Translations under genes and position numbers: made by a program
Assembly (NCBI GenBank): GCA_052327205.1
Contig: CM126203.1
Coordinates: 314,030,001 to 314,094,000 of the forward strand
Reading direction: 5' to 3'
From: Somniosus microcephalus
Lineage: Eukaryota
DNA: 64,000 nt
Shown: one piece after another, positions 11,900 to 25,319 of the stretch
How positions within the stretch are numbered: the first letter of the stretch is position 1
Layout of the letters: every line of letters begins with the position of its first letter
The notes under the pieces: generated by a model
Databases searched by the model: none
Told to the model about the DNA's origin: nothing
The model's input: only the letters and a program-made list of their open reading frames with translations

Positions 11900-13410
11900 T
11901 TTTTTTTAAATTCATTTTTATGGGATCTGGGCATCGCTGGCAAGACCAGCATTTATTGCCCATCCCTAATTGCCCTTGAGAAGGTGGTGGTGAGCCGCCT
12001 TCTTGAACCGCTGCAGTCCGTGTGGTGAAGGTACTCCCACAGTGCTTTTAGGTAGGGAGTTCCAGGATTTTGACCCAGCGACGAATGATCGGCGATATAC
12101 TTCTAAGTCAGGATGGTGCGTGACTTGGAGGGGAACTTGGAGGTGGTGGTGTTCTCATGCGCCTGCTGCCCTTGTCCTTCTAGGTGGAAGAAATCGTGGG
12201 TTTGGGAGATGCTGTCGAAGAAGCCTTGGTGAGTTGCTGCAGTGCATCTTGTAGATGGTACACACTGCAGCCACGGTACGCTGGTGGTGGAGGGATTGAA
12301 TGTTTAAGGTGGCAGATGTGGTGCCAATCAAGCAGGCCGCTTTGTTCTGGATGGTGTCGAGCTTCTTGAGCGTTGTTGGAGCTGCACTCATCCAGGCAAG
12401 TGGAGAATATTCCATCACACTCCTTACTTGTGTCTTGTAGGTGGTGGAAAGGCTTTGGGGAGTCAGGAGGTGAGACACTCGCCGCAGAATACCTAGCCTC
12501 TGACCTGCTCTTGTTACCACAGTATTTATGTAGCTGGTCCAGTTAAGTTTCTGGTCAATGGTGACCCCCAAGATGTTGATGGTTGGGGATTCGGCGATGG
12601 TAATGCCATTGAATGTCATGGGGTGGTGGTTAGACTCTCGTTTGTTGGAGATAGTCATTGCCTGGCACTTGTGTGGCGCGAATGTTATCTGTCACTTATC
12701 AGCCCAAGCCTGAACTTTGTCCAGGTCTTGTTGCATGCGGGCATGGACTGCTTCATTATCTGAGGAGTTGTGAATGGCGCTGAACACTGTGCAGTCATCA
12801 ACGAACACCCCCATTTCTGACCTTATGTTGGTGGGAAGGTCCTTGATGAAGCAACTGAAGATGGTTGGGCCTAGGACACTGCCCTGAGGAACTCCTGCAG
12901 CGATGTCCTGGGACTGTGATGATTGACCTTCAACCACCACAACCATCTTCCTTTGTGCTAGCTATGACTCCAGCCAGTGGAGTGTTTTCCCCCCCGATTC
13001 CCATTGACTTCAGTTTTACTAGGGCTCCTTGATGCCACACTCGGTCAAATGCTGCCTTGATGTCAAGGGCAGTCACTCTCACCTCACCTCTGGAATTCAG
13101 CTGCTTTGTCCATGTTTGAACCAAGGCTGTAATGAGGTTGTGAACCGAGTGGTCTTGGCGGAACCCAAACTCGGCATAAGTGAGCAGGTTATTGGTGAGT
13201 AAGTGCCGCTTGATAGCACTGTTGATGACACCTTCCATCACTTTGTTGATGATTGAGAGTAGACTGATGGGGCGGTAATTGGCCGGATTGGATTTGTCCT
13301 GCTTTTTGTGGACAGGCCATACCTGGGCAGTTTCCACATTGTCGGATAAATGCCAGTGTTATAGCTGTACTGGAACAACTTGGTTAGAGGTGCGGCTAGT
13401 TCTGGAGCAC
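11900..13410 (-). mobile_element. CR1-group LINE family B, RT half
   Basis: ORFs 12930-13337, 12692-12946 and 12155-12658 ([30 protein letters not shown]); family tail at about 11900-11980. Confidence 0.88.
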
Positions 13411-14001
13411 AATGAAAGAAAATACAATAAGGACCAAATTAATAAAGGATTTTGCTTTCCAAATAAGTTTTTTTCTTAAGGGGGACTTTCTAGCCTTTCT
13501 TAATTCTAAGATTTGTTTTATTCCGCCCTGCCCCCGCCCGCCATTTTAATGTGCCTTTGTTTTTTAAACTTACACCATGCATCTTTCCATAGCCAAATGG
13601 ATAGGCAGTCAACCTGGTACCACTTCTTTGCCAATATAGTTGGTTCACAAGAGGGTGGTAGAGTGACTTATTAGTCTCTCTGATGTCCTAATCTGATTGG
13701 GAATTTACTATGTGGGAACTTGCCAGCATGAGCCTGAGTCCTTATATTGGTGTGGCACAGCTCTATGCCACCACAATTGCCAATCCGTTCTTGTTTCTCT
13801 TCAGAATGCTCAAATCCTGTTCTAGTACATGAATAGGAAAAGCTTATCTGCTTTTCAGTAGTGTACTTTTATGAAAGTTTAAAGTGACACTAGTTGGCTA
13901 TATTAGGTCTTCATATCTCTTTACTGCAAGCTAACCTATTTAAAGCTTGTTGTTTGGTTTATATTGGCTGTTTTTAACAGGGGCATTTTTACATCTTTCA
14001 G

Positions 14002-14124
14002 GTGTGGGCCAGTACCTTTCTTCCCAATGAGCCAAGAATAGCTGATCAGACACAACGGGACCATTACAACAGCCACAGAGTGCCAATGCTGGTGGAGTAT
14101 GCCAAGTTGGAGTCTCAAAAAAAG
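14002..14124 (+). CDS. GALT: GALT coding exon (human exon 7 equivalent), 123 nt, phase 0/0
   Basis: tttcag|GTG TGG GCC...CAA AAA AAG|gtt. Translates VWASTFLPNEPRIADQTQRDHYNSHRVPMLVEYAKLESQKK, matching GALT VWASSFLP...EY..QE. Read by hand; not in the ORF track. Confidence 0.95.
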
Positions 14125-15695
14125 GTTGTTTTTAATTTTTTGATAGATTCTATGAATGAATAGCATTTTGTCTTTTTTTAAATGTGACTTTACGTGCACA
14201 GTTCCTTCACTTTATTTCTTATGGATATTATAGTATAATGAGGTTGCTGGAGTCCAGTAAAGTAGCAGCTTTCACCCCATGAAAATGGGCATTTTTTTTT
14301 TATGCTCAGTAATTTAACTGTGCTTGTAAATTGTTGTACTCACCATGCCGTAAGTTTTTGTAGGCTAATGTCACGGTTTACTTCAGATGTTGCCTCCCTG
14401 TATGTGTTCTTTTAGACCAGATGTAATCCTCTGTAGCAGGCCTTTTGTTTGTATTACATTCTGTTTATACTATTTTAAAAAAAAATCCCAATTGTCCATG
14501 CTCAAAAAATCCTGAATATTTATTTACCCACTGTATATAGGAATACATTTTTGTTTCTCCCGAACTGCTCAGAGTCACCATGCAGGTGACTTGTTCTTAA
14601 TCTTCTGTCAACTTTACTGTATAACTGGCTACTAGGAAGCGCACAATAACAGACTTGCCCCCTAGATTTTGTGGGACACTGTTTCCTCATTCTCCTCTGT
14701 GAAAGCCACAATTCCCTTTCAGCTCTTCGGTCAGTGATATGACTGGGACAGAGAGCTTGCTCTGAGGGGAATCCGCTCTTTTTTCCCTGTTTTTCCTCCC
14801 CTCTCTGAAAGATGCTGATTTTTATTCTGTGTTATGGTTCTGCAGATCCGAGATGATTTCTGTTAATTTGGGCATTCAATTGTGTGTAGACAGTGTCCTT
14901 CCTTCTTAAAAAGAAACTGTTTCTATACCAGTGCTACATTGATCAATTATTTGGCACTAGTTTGACCCTAACTTCCTTCACAATAAATTAGTTACTAACT
15001 GATGTGAAGTCCAGATTTACTACCCAAAGTGCTGGTCTATTACAGGCCTGTGCTCAATCAGAAATCAATTACTAATTGGAATGGACAGATTACTTCTGTA
15101 ATTGGATAATGGTCTTCTCTCCGAACCAGCTGGCATGGATGTAATGCATTCATCCGATCCACTCGTTTAGATTGTTTTCTGTAGAAGAAATAACATAGTT
15201 ATGATAACAAAATAGAGACTCGGTGCATGTTGTTCATGGCAGTGGCCCTGTTAGTATGGACAGAGTGAAAAACGTACGAAGGCAACCTTGGATCATTCAG
15301 CATCATCTAGTCTTCTGACTGTAAGAAGCTGAAGGCACACATTTCACCAGCAAGTGGGGCTGCCTTTAGGATATTTTATTTCCTTTTGAAAAGAGCTCTA
15401 GTATTTCAACAACAAAGTCAAACATTAAGCAAGGTTGCAATTTATTTAAGAAAATGTAATTTGTCAATGGTCTTTCAAAGTGTATACCTTTTTCTACTTC
15501 AGCTATCTATCATTCAGAAAGGTGCAGAAAATGATTTCTCCCATGTATTTGTGTTCAAATAAGGATACAGTTATGAAATCTATAAAAGTTAGTGTTCAAA
15601 GAGCTTATGTCCTGCATCTGTTCAAGAAACTAGTTTTCATTTTTGGTCATCTGGGTATCTCCAAACCAAGCTGTTGAAATTCAGACAGATAGAGT

Positions 15696-16985
15696 GGCCT
15701 GGAATTTCCTGACGCTGAAACAATGGAGAGTACGGTGAAATGCCGATTTTTGGCGCAAAACACCGAGGAAATTTGGGTGTAAATGACTTGTGTCTGATTT
15801 TTACACTACGCTTAAATTTCCTCGATGTTTTACGTCGATTTGGCGGAACCCCTCAGCTGCTCATTAACATAGCTCCTCCCCCATGCAGAAGTACAGCTCA
15901 AGCAAATATTCTATATTTACACCAATTAGGGTTGTATTCCCTAGAACTCAGCAGGTTAAGGGGTGACCTGATTGAAGTTTTCAAGATATTAAGGGTAACA
16001 GATAGGGTAAATAGAGAGAAACTATTTCCGCTGGTTGGGGATTCTAGGACTAGGGGGCATTGTTTAAAAATAAGAGCCAGACCTTTCAGGAGTGAAATTA
16101 GGAAACACTTCTACACACAAAGGGTGTGGTAGAAGATGGAACTCTCTTCTGTACATGGCAATTGATGCTAGATCAATTGTTAATTTTAAATCTGAGATTG
16201 ATAGATTTTTGTTAACCAAAGGTATTAAGAGATATGGCCCAAAGGCGGGTATATGGAGTTAGGTCGTAGATCAGCCATGATCTCATTGAATGGTGGAACA
16301 GGCACGAGGGGTCGTTCCTGTGTTCCTACGCCTAAAATCTTAGGCACAACAGGACCCAAATTACATTTATGGTGATTTTTCTTTTTCAACAACTATTTTA
16401 TTTCTCCTCACTGAGGCCTTCAGTGTATTTTCTGTATCTTTGAATACATTTTTATGACATCAGAATTTTAGCCGTAAAAATTGAAAAGCTTCTATTATTG
16501 CATTTTCTTAAACATTTCTGCTGGATTTTACATTTCAATGTATGCTAATGAGACTCTCAAGAAGTTTCAAAAAGAGAACTAAAGAGAGAGAAGATTGGAT
16601 TGAGAGAGAAAAAAAGAGACAGAAAGGAAAAGTAAGAATTTTTTTTTAAACAATTTACTACCTGCAGGAATGAGACTCCACAGTTTGAATTGTTCTCTTT
16701 CTGGGCCGAGAGGTTGAGTGACATTGCAGGAATATAAATCTCATCATTAAAAGGGTCCTTACACTGTTAAGTACCAGCCCTAACTTTCTGTGGTGAGTTT
16801 AATTGATAATTAATGTGTAAATGCAGCAATTTCTTAACTCACTGGGGAGGTTGAGAGCGAGCTCCTGTTTTCGCGAGGCTAATGTCCAGCAACTTGTAGC
16901 GTATCTCTTCCTCGCCACAAAGTGCAGGACGATTTGCACACTAATAATAGCGAGCGCATTAAACCCGCTGTTACTTTTCTGGCCC
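15696..16985. mobile_element. Possible Harbinger-type non-autonomous element(s) containing a CR1 fragment
   Basis: Left end GGCCTGGAATTT and right end ...ttttctGGCCC resemble the TIRs of the 22309 MITE; CpG-rich subterminal sequence. Flanks agt/aat are not a perfect TSD. Confidence 0.35.
15925..16330 (+). mobile_element. CR1 3' fragment
   Basis: LGLYSLE..RLRGDLIEVFKIL, SRTRGH, then CR1 3' UTR. Confidence 0.88.
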
Positions 16986-18507
16986 AATCAGTTTAGCGGA
17001 AGGAAGTAGATTCCATCCTGTGTCACTTAATTGTAGGGCGCATATAAAATTATACGTGTAACTGAAACTACAGTTCAGTTTGTTTAGCATCTGATAGAGA
17101 TGTTTCGGGTGGGGCCCATGAACAGAACTTTCAGCTGGCTTCATAACAATCGCTGCATTCCAAATGTAATTAATTGTGTAAAGCACTTTAACATGCTTTG
17201 ACATGAAAAGAGCTGGATAAGCGCAAGTAGTGATAGATGCTGATTGACCAGTTTTGCATACCCAGCATTTTCTGTTTTTTAAGTCTATAAGTTAATATTT
17301 CTCGGCAGTATCGCTCAGAGAGGCTTAAGAATGATTCAGGTAGTGAGATCATCCTCTATAGTGAGTGGTGAAGTTGTGCTGTTGAGGAAGGGAAGTGTAA
17401 AGAGAATTTCATATTGTCTCTTTCAGATGTTGACCAAACTAAGGGAGTGTGCTAATTTGAAAAGCCCTGCAGCTAACTGCATCCATGATATACCTAGTCT
17501 GGAATTGCTTGGTGCTGACATTGGTCATCATAAGTCAATAAATATTCTGTCCGCCAGCACTGGTATCCCTCATCTCAGTAAGCAATGACAAAGAGTAAAG
17601 TTAGTCTTCAGAACAGAAGAATTTGTGTTTTATCACATTTCTGTGAAATGTGTAGTGGTCTTTAAGTTGTCAGAAGCTACCAAAGAATGTACATCGAGAT
17701 GAGAAACAAAAGCTGTTGCAAGTCAGCCTACTTGACCCTAAGATGCTGGAAAATACCAAATCTACTGACAATGAATGCATGCAGACTGTTTTCTACTTTT
17801 GATCTCTTATCTTACTGAGTCGTATTTAGGTTCTTGATTTTAAACTGTGGGAACCATCATCAGTGGTTCTGTTTGAAATAGTACAGCTGATGCCTTCCTT
17901 CCACCATTTTAATAATGTTGACGGATTTCTTGCCAGCAGCAACGTAACATGCTGTTTGCATCTTCCTGTTTTTTTCTTGTTTTTTTAGGACGATTGATAA
18001 TTTCCCCCTCCTCAGCTTACCATCATCTTGTTTAATTGACAAACCTTCAAAGCCAGCTTGTGTTCATTAACTATTCTTGTACCTGATTATCATGTGGTGA
18101 AGATTTGTTGTGACATCTCCATAGCTTGTAGTTTATTGGTGTAGGTAGTCAACACTCTGGGTGCAGGCATGTTTTAATAGCTTGCTACAGTCAGTGAAAT
18201 TCACAGTGATTTAAAATGGGATTTTGTAAAAAAAAATCTGTTTACTGAAAGTGCCTGGATGTCTGTTAAGTTGGCCTATTTGCAGGATACTGTATCCCCT
18301 TCCCCCACATACAAATATAAATTGTTGTGAATTTAGAGATGTTTGATTAATGTAGTTCTTTAATTCCATATATCTTTATAATTCTGAGCACTAGAAACTT
18401 GCTGAAATATAAATATGGTTTACTGTGGGGTGTTTTGATCGAATGTCTTTTTAAGGCCTTAATGATTTAGATATAGCAGCACGGTCTTGCTACATGTATT
18501 ATGGGAC

Positions 18508-20570
18508 TAGAAACATAAAAACATAGAAAAATAGGAGCAGGAGTAGGCCATTCGGCCCTTCGAGCCTGCTCCGCCATTCAATATGATCATGGCTGATCCT
18601 CTATCTCAATACCATATTCCTGCTCTCTCCCCATATCCCTTGATGCTTTTTGTGTCTAGAAATCTATCTATCTCCTTCTTAAACATATTCAGTGACTTGT
18701 AGTAGAGAATTCCACAGGTTCACCACCCTCTAAGTGAAGACATTTTCCTCATCTCAGTCCTAAATATCCTACCCTGTATCCTGAGACTGTGACACCTCGT
18801 TCTAGACCCCAGCCAGGGGAAACATCCTCCCTGCATCCAGTCTGTCTAGCCCTGTCAGAATTTTATACGTTTCAATGAATTCCCCTCTCATTCTTCTAAA
18901 CTCTAGTGAATACAGGCCTAGTTGACCCAATTTCTCCTCATACAACAGTCCTGCCATCCCAGGAATCAGTCTGGTGAACCTTCACTGCACTCCCTCTATG
19001 GCAAGTACAGGAAACTTTGGTTTATCTGGAGGTTATATGTCCGGAAAGCTCGATCTACTGGCAGAAATCAGGAGCCGTTTTGTTAGGTTTTTTTTCTTCT
19101 CGTGGCTTTGTTTTCAACAGTCGGGCTCTGGAAAGTCTCTCTGAAGCTGTTGCTAAGCTACAGAGACGCTTCCAAGGTACGGGCCGACTGTTTACAAGCT
19201 GTTGCTAAGCAACAGTGTTTGTTGTCAGATACGGAGATGAAAACCTCCGTATGCTTCAACATTAACTTTGTATGTCCGGCAGTTTTGATAGATCGGCAAC
19301 AGCTCGGTCCCGTCGGTGCCGGATATAACAAAGTTTCCTGTATATCCTTTCTTGGGTAAGGAGACCAAAACTGCACACAGTTCTCCAGGTGTGGTCTAAC
19401 CAAGGCCCTGTATAACTGTAGTAAGACATCTTTGCTCCTGTACTCAAATCCTCTTGCAATGAAGGCCAACATACCATTTGCCTTCCTAATTGCTTGTTGC
19501 ACCTGCATGTTTGCTTTCAGTGACTGGTGTACAAGGACACCCAGGTCCCTTTGTACATCAGCATTTCCCAATCTAGCACCATTTAACTAATATTCTACCT
19601 TTCTGTTTTTCCTACCGAAGTGGATAACTTCACATTTATCCATGTTATACTGCATCTGCCATGTATTTGCCCACTCACTCAATTTGTCTAAATCGCCTTG
19701 AAGCCTCTTTGCATCCTCCTCACAACTCACAATCCCACCTAATTTCGTGTTGTCAGCACACTTGGAAATACTACATTTGGTTCCCTCATCCAAACCATTG
19801 ATATATATTGTGAATAGCTGGGGCCCAAGCACAGATCCCTGTGATACCCCACTAGTCACCGCCTGCCACCCTGAAAAAGACCCATTTATTCCTACTCTCT
19901 GTTTCCTGTCTGTTAACCAATTTTCAGTCCATGCCAGTATATCACCCACAATCCCATGTGCTTTAATTTTGCACACTAACCTCTTATGTGGGACTTTATC
20001 AAAGACCTTCTGATCCAAATACACCATCCACTGGTTCTCCCTTATCTATTCTACCAGTTACATCCTCAAAATCTCCAGTAGGTTTGTCAAACACGGTTTC
20101 CCTTTCATAAATCCATGCTGACTTTGTCTAATCCCATTGATATTTTCTAAGTGTCCTGTTATCACATCCTTTATAATAGACTCTAGCATTTCCCCTACTA
20201 CTGATGTTAGGCTAACTGGTCTGTAGTTCCCTGTTTTCTCTCTCCCTCCTTTTTTAAATAGTGGGGTTACATTTGCCACCCTCCAATCTGCAGGAACTGT
20301 TCCATAATCTATAGAATTTTGGAAGATGGCATCCACTATTTCCATAGCTACCTGTTTTAGTACTCTGGGATGCAGATTATCAGGCCCATGGGATTTATCA
20401 GCTTTCAGTCCCATTAATTTCTCCAGCACTTTTTTTTTTACTAATACGAATTTCCTTTAATTCCTCCTTCTCACTAGACCCTTGGTTCCCTAGCATTTCT
20501 GGGAAGTTATTTGTGTCCTCTTCCGTGAAGACAGAACCAAAGTATTTGCTTAATTGCTCGGCCATTTCCT
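18508..20570 (-). mobile_element. CR1 LINE, 5'-truncated, containing a MITE
   Basis: ORFs 20058-20429, 19587-20027 and 19158-19571; tail at about 18510. Confidence 0.92.
19008..19340 (+). mobile_element. Tc1/mariner-pogo (Tigger-like) MITE, copy A
   Basis: TA TSD (19006-7, 19341-2); TIR CAGGAAACTTTG, perfect for 12 bp and imperfect to about 22 bp. Removing it restores the CR1 sequence gcaagtatatcc. Confidence 0.9.
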
Positions 20571-20919
20571 TGGGTGTTAAATGTTTTCGGTGAGGGCACA
20601 GGGGACAAATTATGCTTTTTGTTGTGCTCTGCAACCATAATTATTAATTTGATCCATGATTTTTATGTAGCATTTTTACTGATCATATATATGTACTGTG
20701 AGCAGTTATTTAAAAAAATATATTGCACTGGTGCCTGAGAGGTAGTCGTTACACATGTATGTATGTATGTGTATATTACATGGTAGAAAATGTGTGTATT
20801 CTTTGACCAAACCGATTTTTATTCAAATAGTCATTTTTATTAATTGAGCTGAGTTCCAAAAATTGATCATTGTCAAGCTCTCTTAAGACACCAAATAGCC
20901 CAGGGATAAAGTGACCTTG

Positions 20920-21156
20920 TTGAGCTGATGCAACTGCCTCTATCACTGAGAATGCCAATCACTGCTGGAGATCCAGGTTTCAATCTAGAACAAGCAACTG
21001 AAAGATTGCCTGTCTCTTGGGTCCCAAGTGTAATAAGTTCTCCCTGCTGCAAAAACAATCTGTGAATTCTGCTGTCAATGTGTGTCTCTTTCTGAGATCT
21101 ATCGGACACTTTTTCAACTCTTGGAACTTTTCATCAGAATTGTGAGTCAGATGAAG
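20920..21156 (+). pseudogene. Possible hAT transposase relic
   Basis: One + frame reads ...RSRFQSRTSN*KIACLLGPKCNKFSLL, reminiscent of the hAT motif (I/L)ATLLDPR(F/Y)K. Single weak motif only. Confidence 0.3.
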
Positions 21157-21366
21157 CTACGCCTCGATTTTAAAATTCTTTTCTGTCATCCAGCTGGTTG
21201 GGACTGCACTCGCCTGGTTCCATTCTTACCTATCCAGTTCTAACCAGAGAAACACCTGCAATGGTTTCTCTTCCTGATCTCGCACCGTTGCCTCTGATGT
21301 CCCCCAAGGATCTATCCTTGTCCCCCTCTTATTTCTCATCTACATGCTGCCCTTCAATGACATCAT

Positions 21367-23165
21367 ACATAGCTACATAGAAGATAGGAGCAGGAGTAGG
21401 TCATTCGGCCCCTCGAGCCTGCACCGCCATTCAATGAGATCATGGCTGATCATCCAAATTCAGTACCCTGTCCCTGCCTTCTCCCCATATCCCTTGATCC
21501 CTTTAGCCTTAGAAATATATCCAACTCCTTCTTGAATATATTTAATGAATTGGCCTCCACTGCCTTCTGTGATAGAGAATTCCACAGGTTCACCACTCTG
21601 GGTGAAGAAATTCCTCCTCATCTCTGTCCTAAATGGCTTTCCCCTTATCCTTAGACTGTAACCTCTGGTTCTGGACTCCCTGGCCATCGGGAACATCCTT
21701 TCTGCATCTAGTCTGTCTAGTCCTGTTAGAATTTTATAAGTTTCAATGAGATCCCCTCTCATTCTTCTAAACTCCAGCGAGTATAAGCCCAATCAACCCA
21801 ATCTCTCCTCATACATCATTCCTGCCATCCCAGGTATCAGTCTGGTGAATCTTCGCTGCACTCCCTCCATGGCAAGAACATCCTTCCTCAGATAAGGCGA
21901 CCAAAACTGCACACAATACTCAAAGTGTGGTCCCTCCAAGGCCCTGTACAACTGCAGCAAGACATCCTTGTTCTTGTACTCGAACCCACTCGCTACGAAG
22001 GCCAACATACCATTTGCCTTCTTAACCGCCTGTTGCACCTGCATGCTTACCTTCAGCGACTGGTGCACAAGGACACCCAGGTCTTGTTGCACTTCCCTTT
22101 CTCCCAATCTATTGCCGTTCAGATAATAATCTGCCTTCCTGTTTTTGCCACCAAAGTGGATAACCTCGCATTTATCCACATTATACTGCATCTGCCATGC
22201 TTCTGCCCAATCACCCAACCTGTCCAAATCATACTGGAGTTTCTCTGCATCCTCCTCACAGCACACATGCCCACCCAGCTTTGTGTCGTCTGCAAACTTG
22301 GAGATATTGGGCTAGAAATTCAGTAAGGCCCCGCCAGCTTTGCGCCCAGTTACCGCCCAAAGAGGGCTTCTGCGCCAATAGAGGAGTTTGCGCTGATATT
22401 CAGCGCAGCGGTAATGGCGGCGGTAGCCGGTAGCGCTGCACCGGCACCGATGACGTCATCGGTGTGCGCAGTGCCCCGGTTCTGCCCCGATACCGGCCCG
22501 ACCCCCATATTTAGTTGCGGCCGCAAACAACGTTCTGCAACCGTGGCCGTCCTGCAGCCTTAGTGGCGCTAGTTAAGGCGGAGGTCGGCCGCCTGCCCGC
22601 ACCTCCTTCCCCGGCCTCCTCCACCCCCCCCGCGGCATTGCCGGCTGCTTTCCGCGAGCCCGGCACTTCTCCGTGGTGCCGGGCTCATTTGCTGGCACTA
22701 TCAAGCGGCGATCTCCCCGTTGCAGGCACCTCCCCCTTAAGAGAAGGAGGAGGCCTGCAGTACCGCAGCCTGCTGCTCTGCAGCGGGTGGCGCAGCGGCA
22801 CCTACAGCGCTGAAATTCAGTTTCAGCGCCCCAAGCGGGGGCGGGCACACTCTGGAATAGCGCCCGGTTCCGACTTGGGGTGCAAAAACTGAATTTCTGA
22901 CGGTCGCAACTGACTCCGCGCGCAGCGCTAACTTTTGGGCGCAAGCGAGCTGGCGGGGCCTTACTGAATTTCTAGGCCATTACATCTAGTTCCCTCGTCT
23001 AGATCATTTATATATATTTGAATAGCTGGGGTCCTAGGACCGATCCCTGCGGTACCCCACTAGTCACTGCCTGCCACTCGGAAAAAGAGCCGTTTATTCC
23101 AACTCTTTGCCTCCTGTCTGCCAACCAGTTCTTTATCCAAGTCAGTACCTTGCCCCCAATCCCAT
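21367..23165 (-). mobile_element. CR1 LINE nested in L2, itself containing a MITE
   Basis: ORFs 21460-21792, 21793-22266 and 23008-23190; short 'cat' duplication at the ends. Confidence 0.92.
22309..22978. mobile_element. PIF/Harbinger-type MITE, 670 bp, GC-rich
   Basis: 31-bp TIR GG(G/C)CTAGAAATTCAGTAAGGCCCCGCCAGCT (30/31 match); 3-bp TSD ATT (22306-8, 22979-81). Removing it restores the CR1. Confidence 0.93.
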
Positions 23166-25109
23166 CTGAAAACGCAGTGTCTGTTTCCACATGTATGCGG
23201 ACGACACCCAGTTCTACCTCACCACCACTTCTCTCAACCCCTCCACTGTCTCTAAATTGTCAGACTGCTTGTCCGACATCCAGTACTGAATAAGCAGAAA
23301 TTTCCTCCACCTAAATATTGGGGAAGTCCGAAGCCATTGTCTTCGGTCCCCGCCACAAGCACAATTCCCTAGCCAACAACTCTATCCCTCTTTCTCGCAA
23401 CTGTCTGAGGCTGAACCAGACTGTTCGAAACCTTGGTGTCATATTTGACCCCGAGATGAGCTTCCAACCACATATCCATGCCATCACTAAGACCGCCTAT
23501 TTCCACTTCCATAACATCGCCTGAATCTGCCAGTGCCTCAGCTGTTGCTGAAACCCTCACTCATGCCTTCATTACCTCTAGACTTGACTAAACCAACGCA
23601 CTCCTGGCCGGCCTCTCTCATTCTACCCTCCGTAAACTTGAGGTCATCCAAAACTCGGCTGCCCGTGTCCTAACTCGCACCAAGTCCCATTCACCCATCA
23701 CCTCTGTGCTCACCACCCTACATTGGCTCCCGGTTAAGCAACACCTCGATTTTAAAATTCTCATCCTTGTTTTCAAATCCTTCCATGGCCTCGCCCCTCC
23801 CTAGCTCTGTAATCTCCTTCAGCCCTACAACCTTCCAAGATATCTGCGCTCCTCTAATTCTGGCATCTTGAGCATTCCCGATTTTAATTGCATCATCAGT
23901 GGCGGCCGTGCCTTCAGCTGCCAAGGCCTTAAGCTCTGGAATTCCCTCCCTAAACCTCTCTGCCTGTCTACCTCTCTTTCCTCCTTTAAGACACTCCTTA
24001 AAACCTACTGCCCTAATATCTCCTTATGTGGCTCGGCGTCAAATTTTGTTTGCTAATGATTCTGTGAAGCACCTTGGAACATTTTACTGCCTTAAAATAC
24101 AATAAATACAAATTGATGTTGTTGAGTCAAATTTAAGAACAAAATTAAAATTGGAATGCTAAATGGTTAAGGGTTATTAGATAGGAACATGTTATTTTCC
24201 TGGATTGGGGTTGACCCCCTGGCTCGCTCGCTCAAGAGAGAGAGTTTTGTACTTTAGAGTAGCATTGCAGTCCACTTCCCTAATTTATCTGGAATATCAG
24301 ATTTGGGGAACATGGAATGTGTTGACTTGTACACCTGTGAACAACTTGAGAGGCCACATTACAAAAAAAAAATTCTCCTGAGAGAGCTTGTTATCGTGCT
24401 TGGATTGTGCTTCAAGATGTTTCTCCCCCCGCCGTTTACAAAATTAAAACCATTTTAGGCTGTTTGTGGCTTTTTACCCACCCAGAGGAATTTCATAATT
24501 TGTTTCTCAAGGTTCCAGTACTAGAAGAGGGGATGAGGAGGAATGGCATTCATTATTTGTTTTTAGATGCTTTTCCCAATTCTGTTGTTTGCAGGATGTT
24601 CCACTTATCTCTGTACACATGCTATGGGAGAAAGGGAAAATATGCTTTTTGTATGAACAACAACTTGCATTTATATATGACCTTAATGCATTACCAAAGC
24701 CCATTCTCCTCGGGGGTTGTTTAGGTCTAGCCTGAAGGCCAAGATCTTGGACAGTAATTAATAAACTTGTTTAGGAGAAATCCAGACCTGACTTGCTTTT
24801 GCCTGGGATGCGATGCATAGTATTCGATAAACCTAAAGGGGAGTAAATGACTTGTTGCTTTAAAAAAAAAGTCCTGTTTACTTCTCTTTTTGCTTTATAC
24901 CCAACCGTAGCAAAATATTATGCAGGTGATGCAAGGGTTAATGGCACCGCACTAGAAGCTGAATCTCCTTTAAATTTGAAGACTGGAAAGATGCCCACAT
25001 GGATGTAATTCTGCTTCTTTAATGTCCCCAGTGAAAGTTAGTAAGCTATGATGGGACTATAACTGCCCAATTGTAATTATGTGGTTTGAGTGCAGTAAAT
25101 AGTCTTTAA

Positions 25110-25319
<210 letters not shown>

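Larger units (their letters stand above)
21160..24125 (+). mobile_element. L2 LINE (RT C-terminus and tail), split by the CR1 at 21367-23165
   Basis: YADDTQFY at about 23195, VRNLGVIFD, HWLPV, GGRAFS, LWNSLP. Host sequence gacatcat|ctgaaaac rejoins across the CR1. Confidence 0.88.

Noticed and set aside
1-14001. GALT active-site exon (IFENKG.MMGCSNPHPHCQ) or earlier exons
   Set aside because: Scanned the non-repeat stretches by eye and found no match; presumably upstream of the window.
20776-21109. Minus-strand ORFs as an exon of an antisense gene
   Set aside because: In-frame stops, no convincing splice sites and no recognisable protein; a weak hAT-like motif on the + strand explains the region better.
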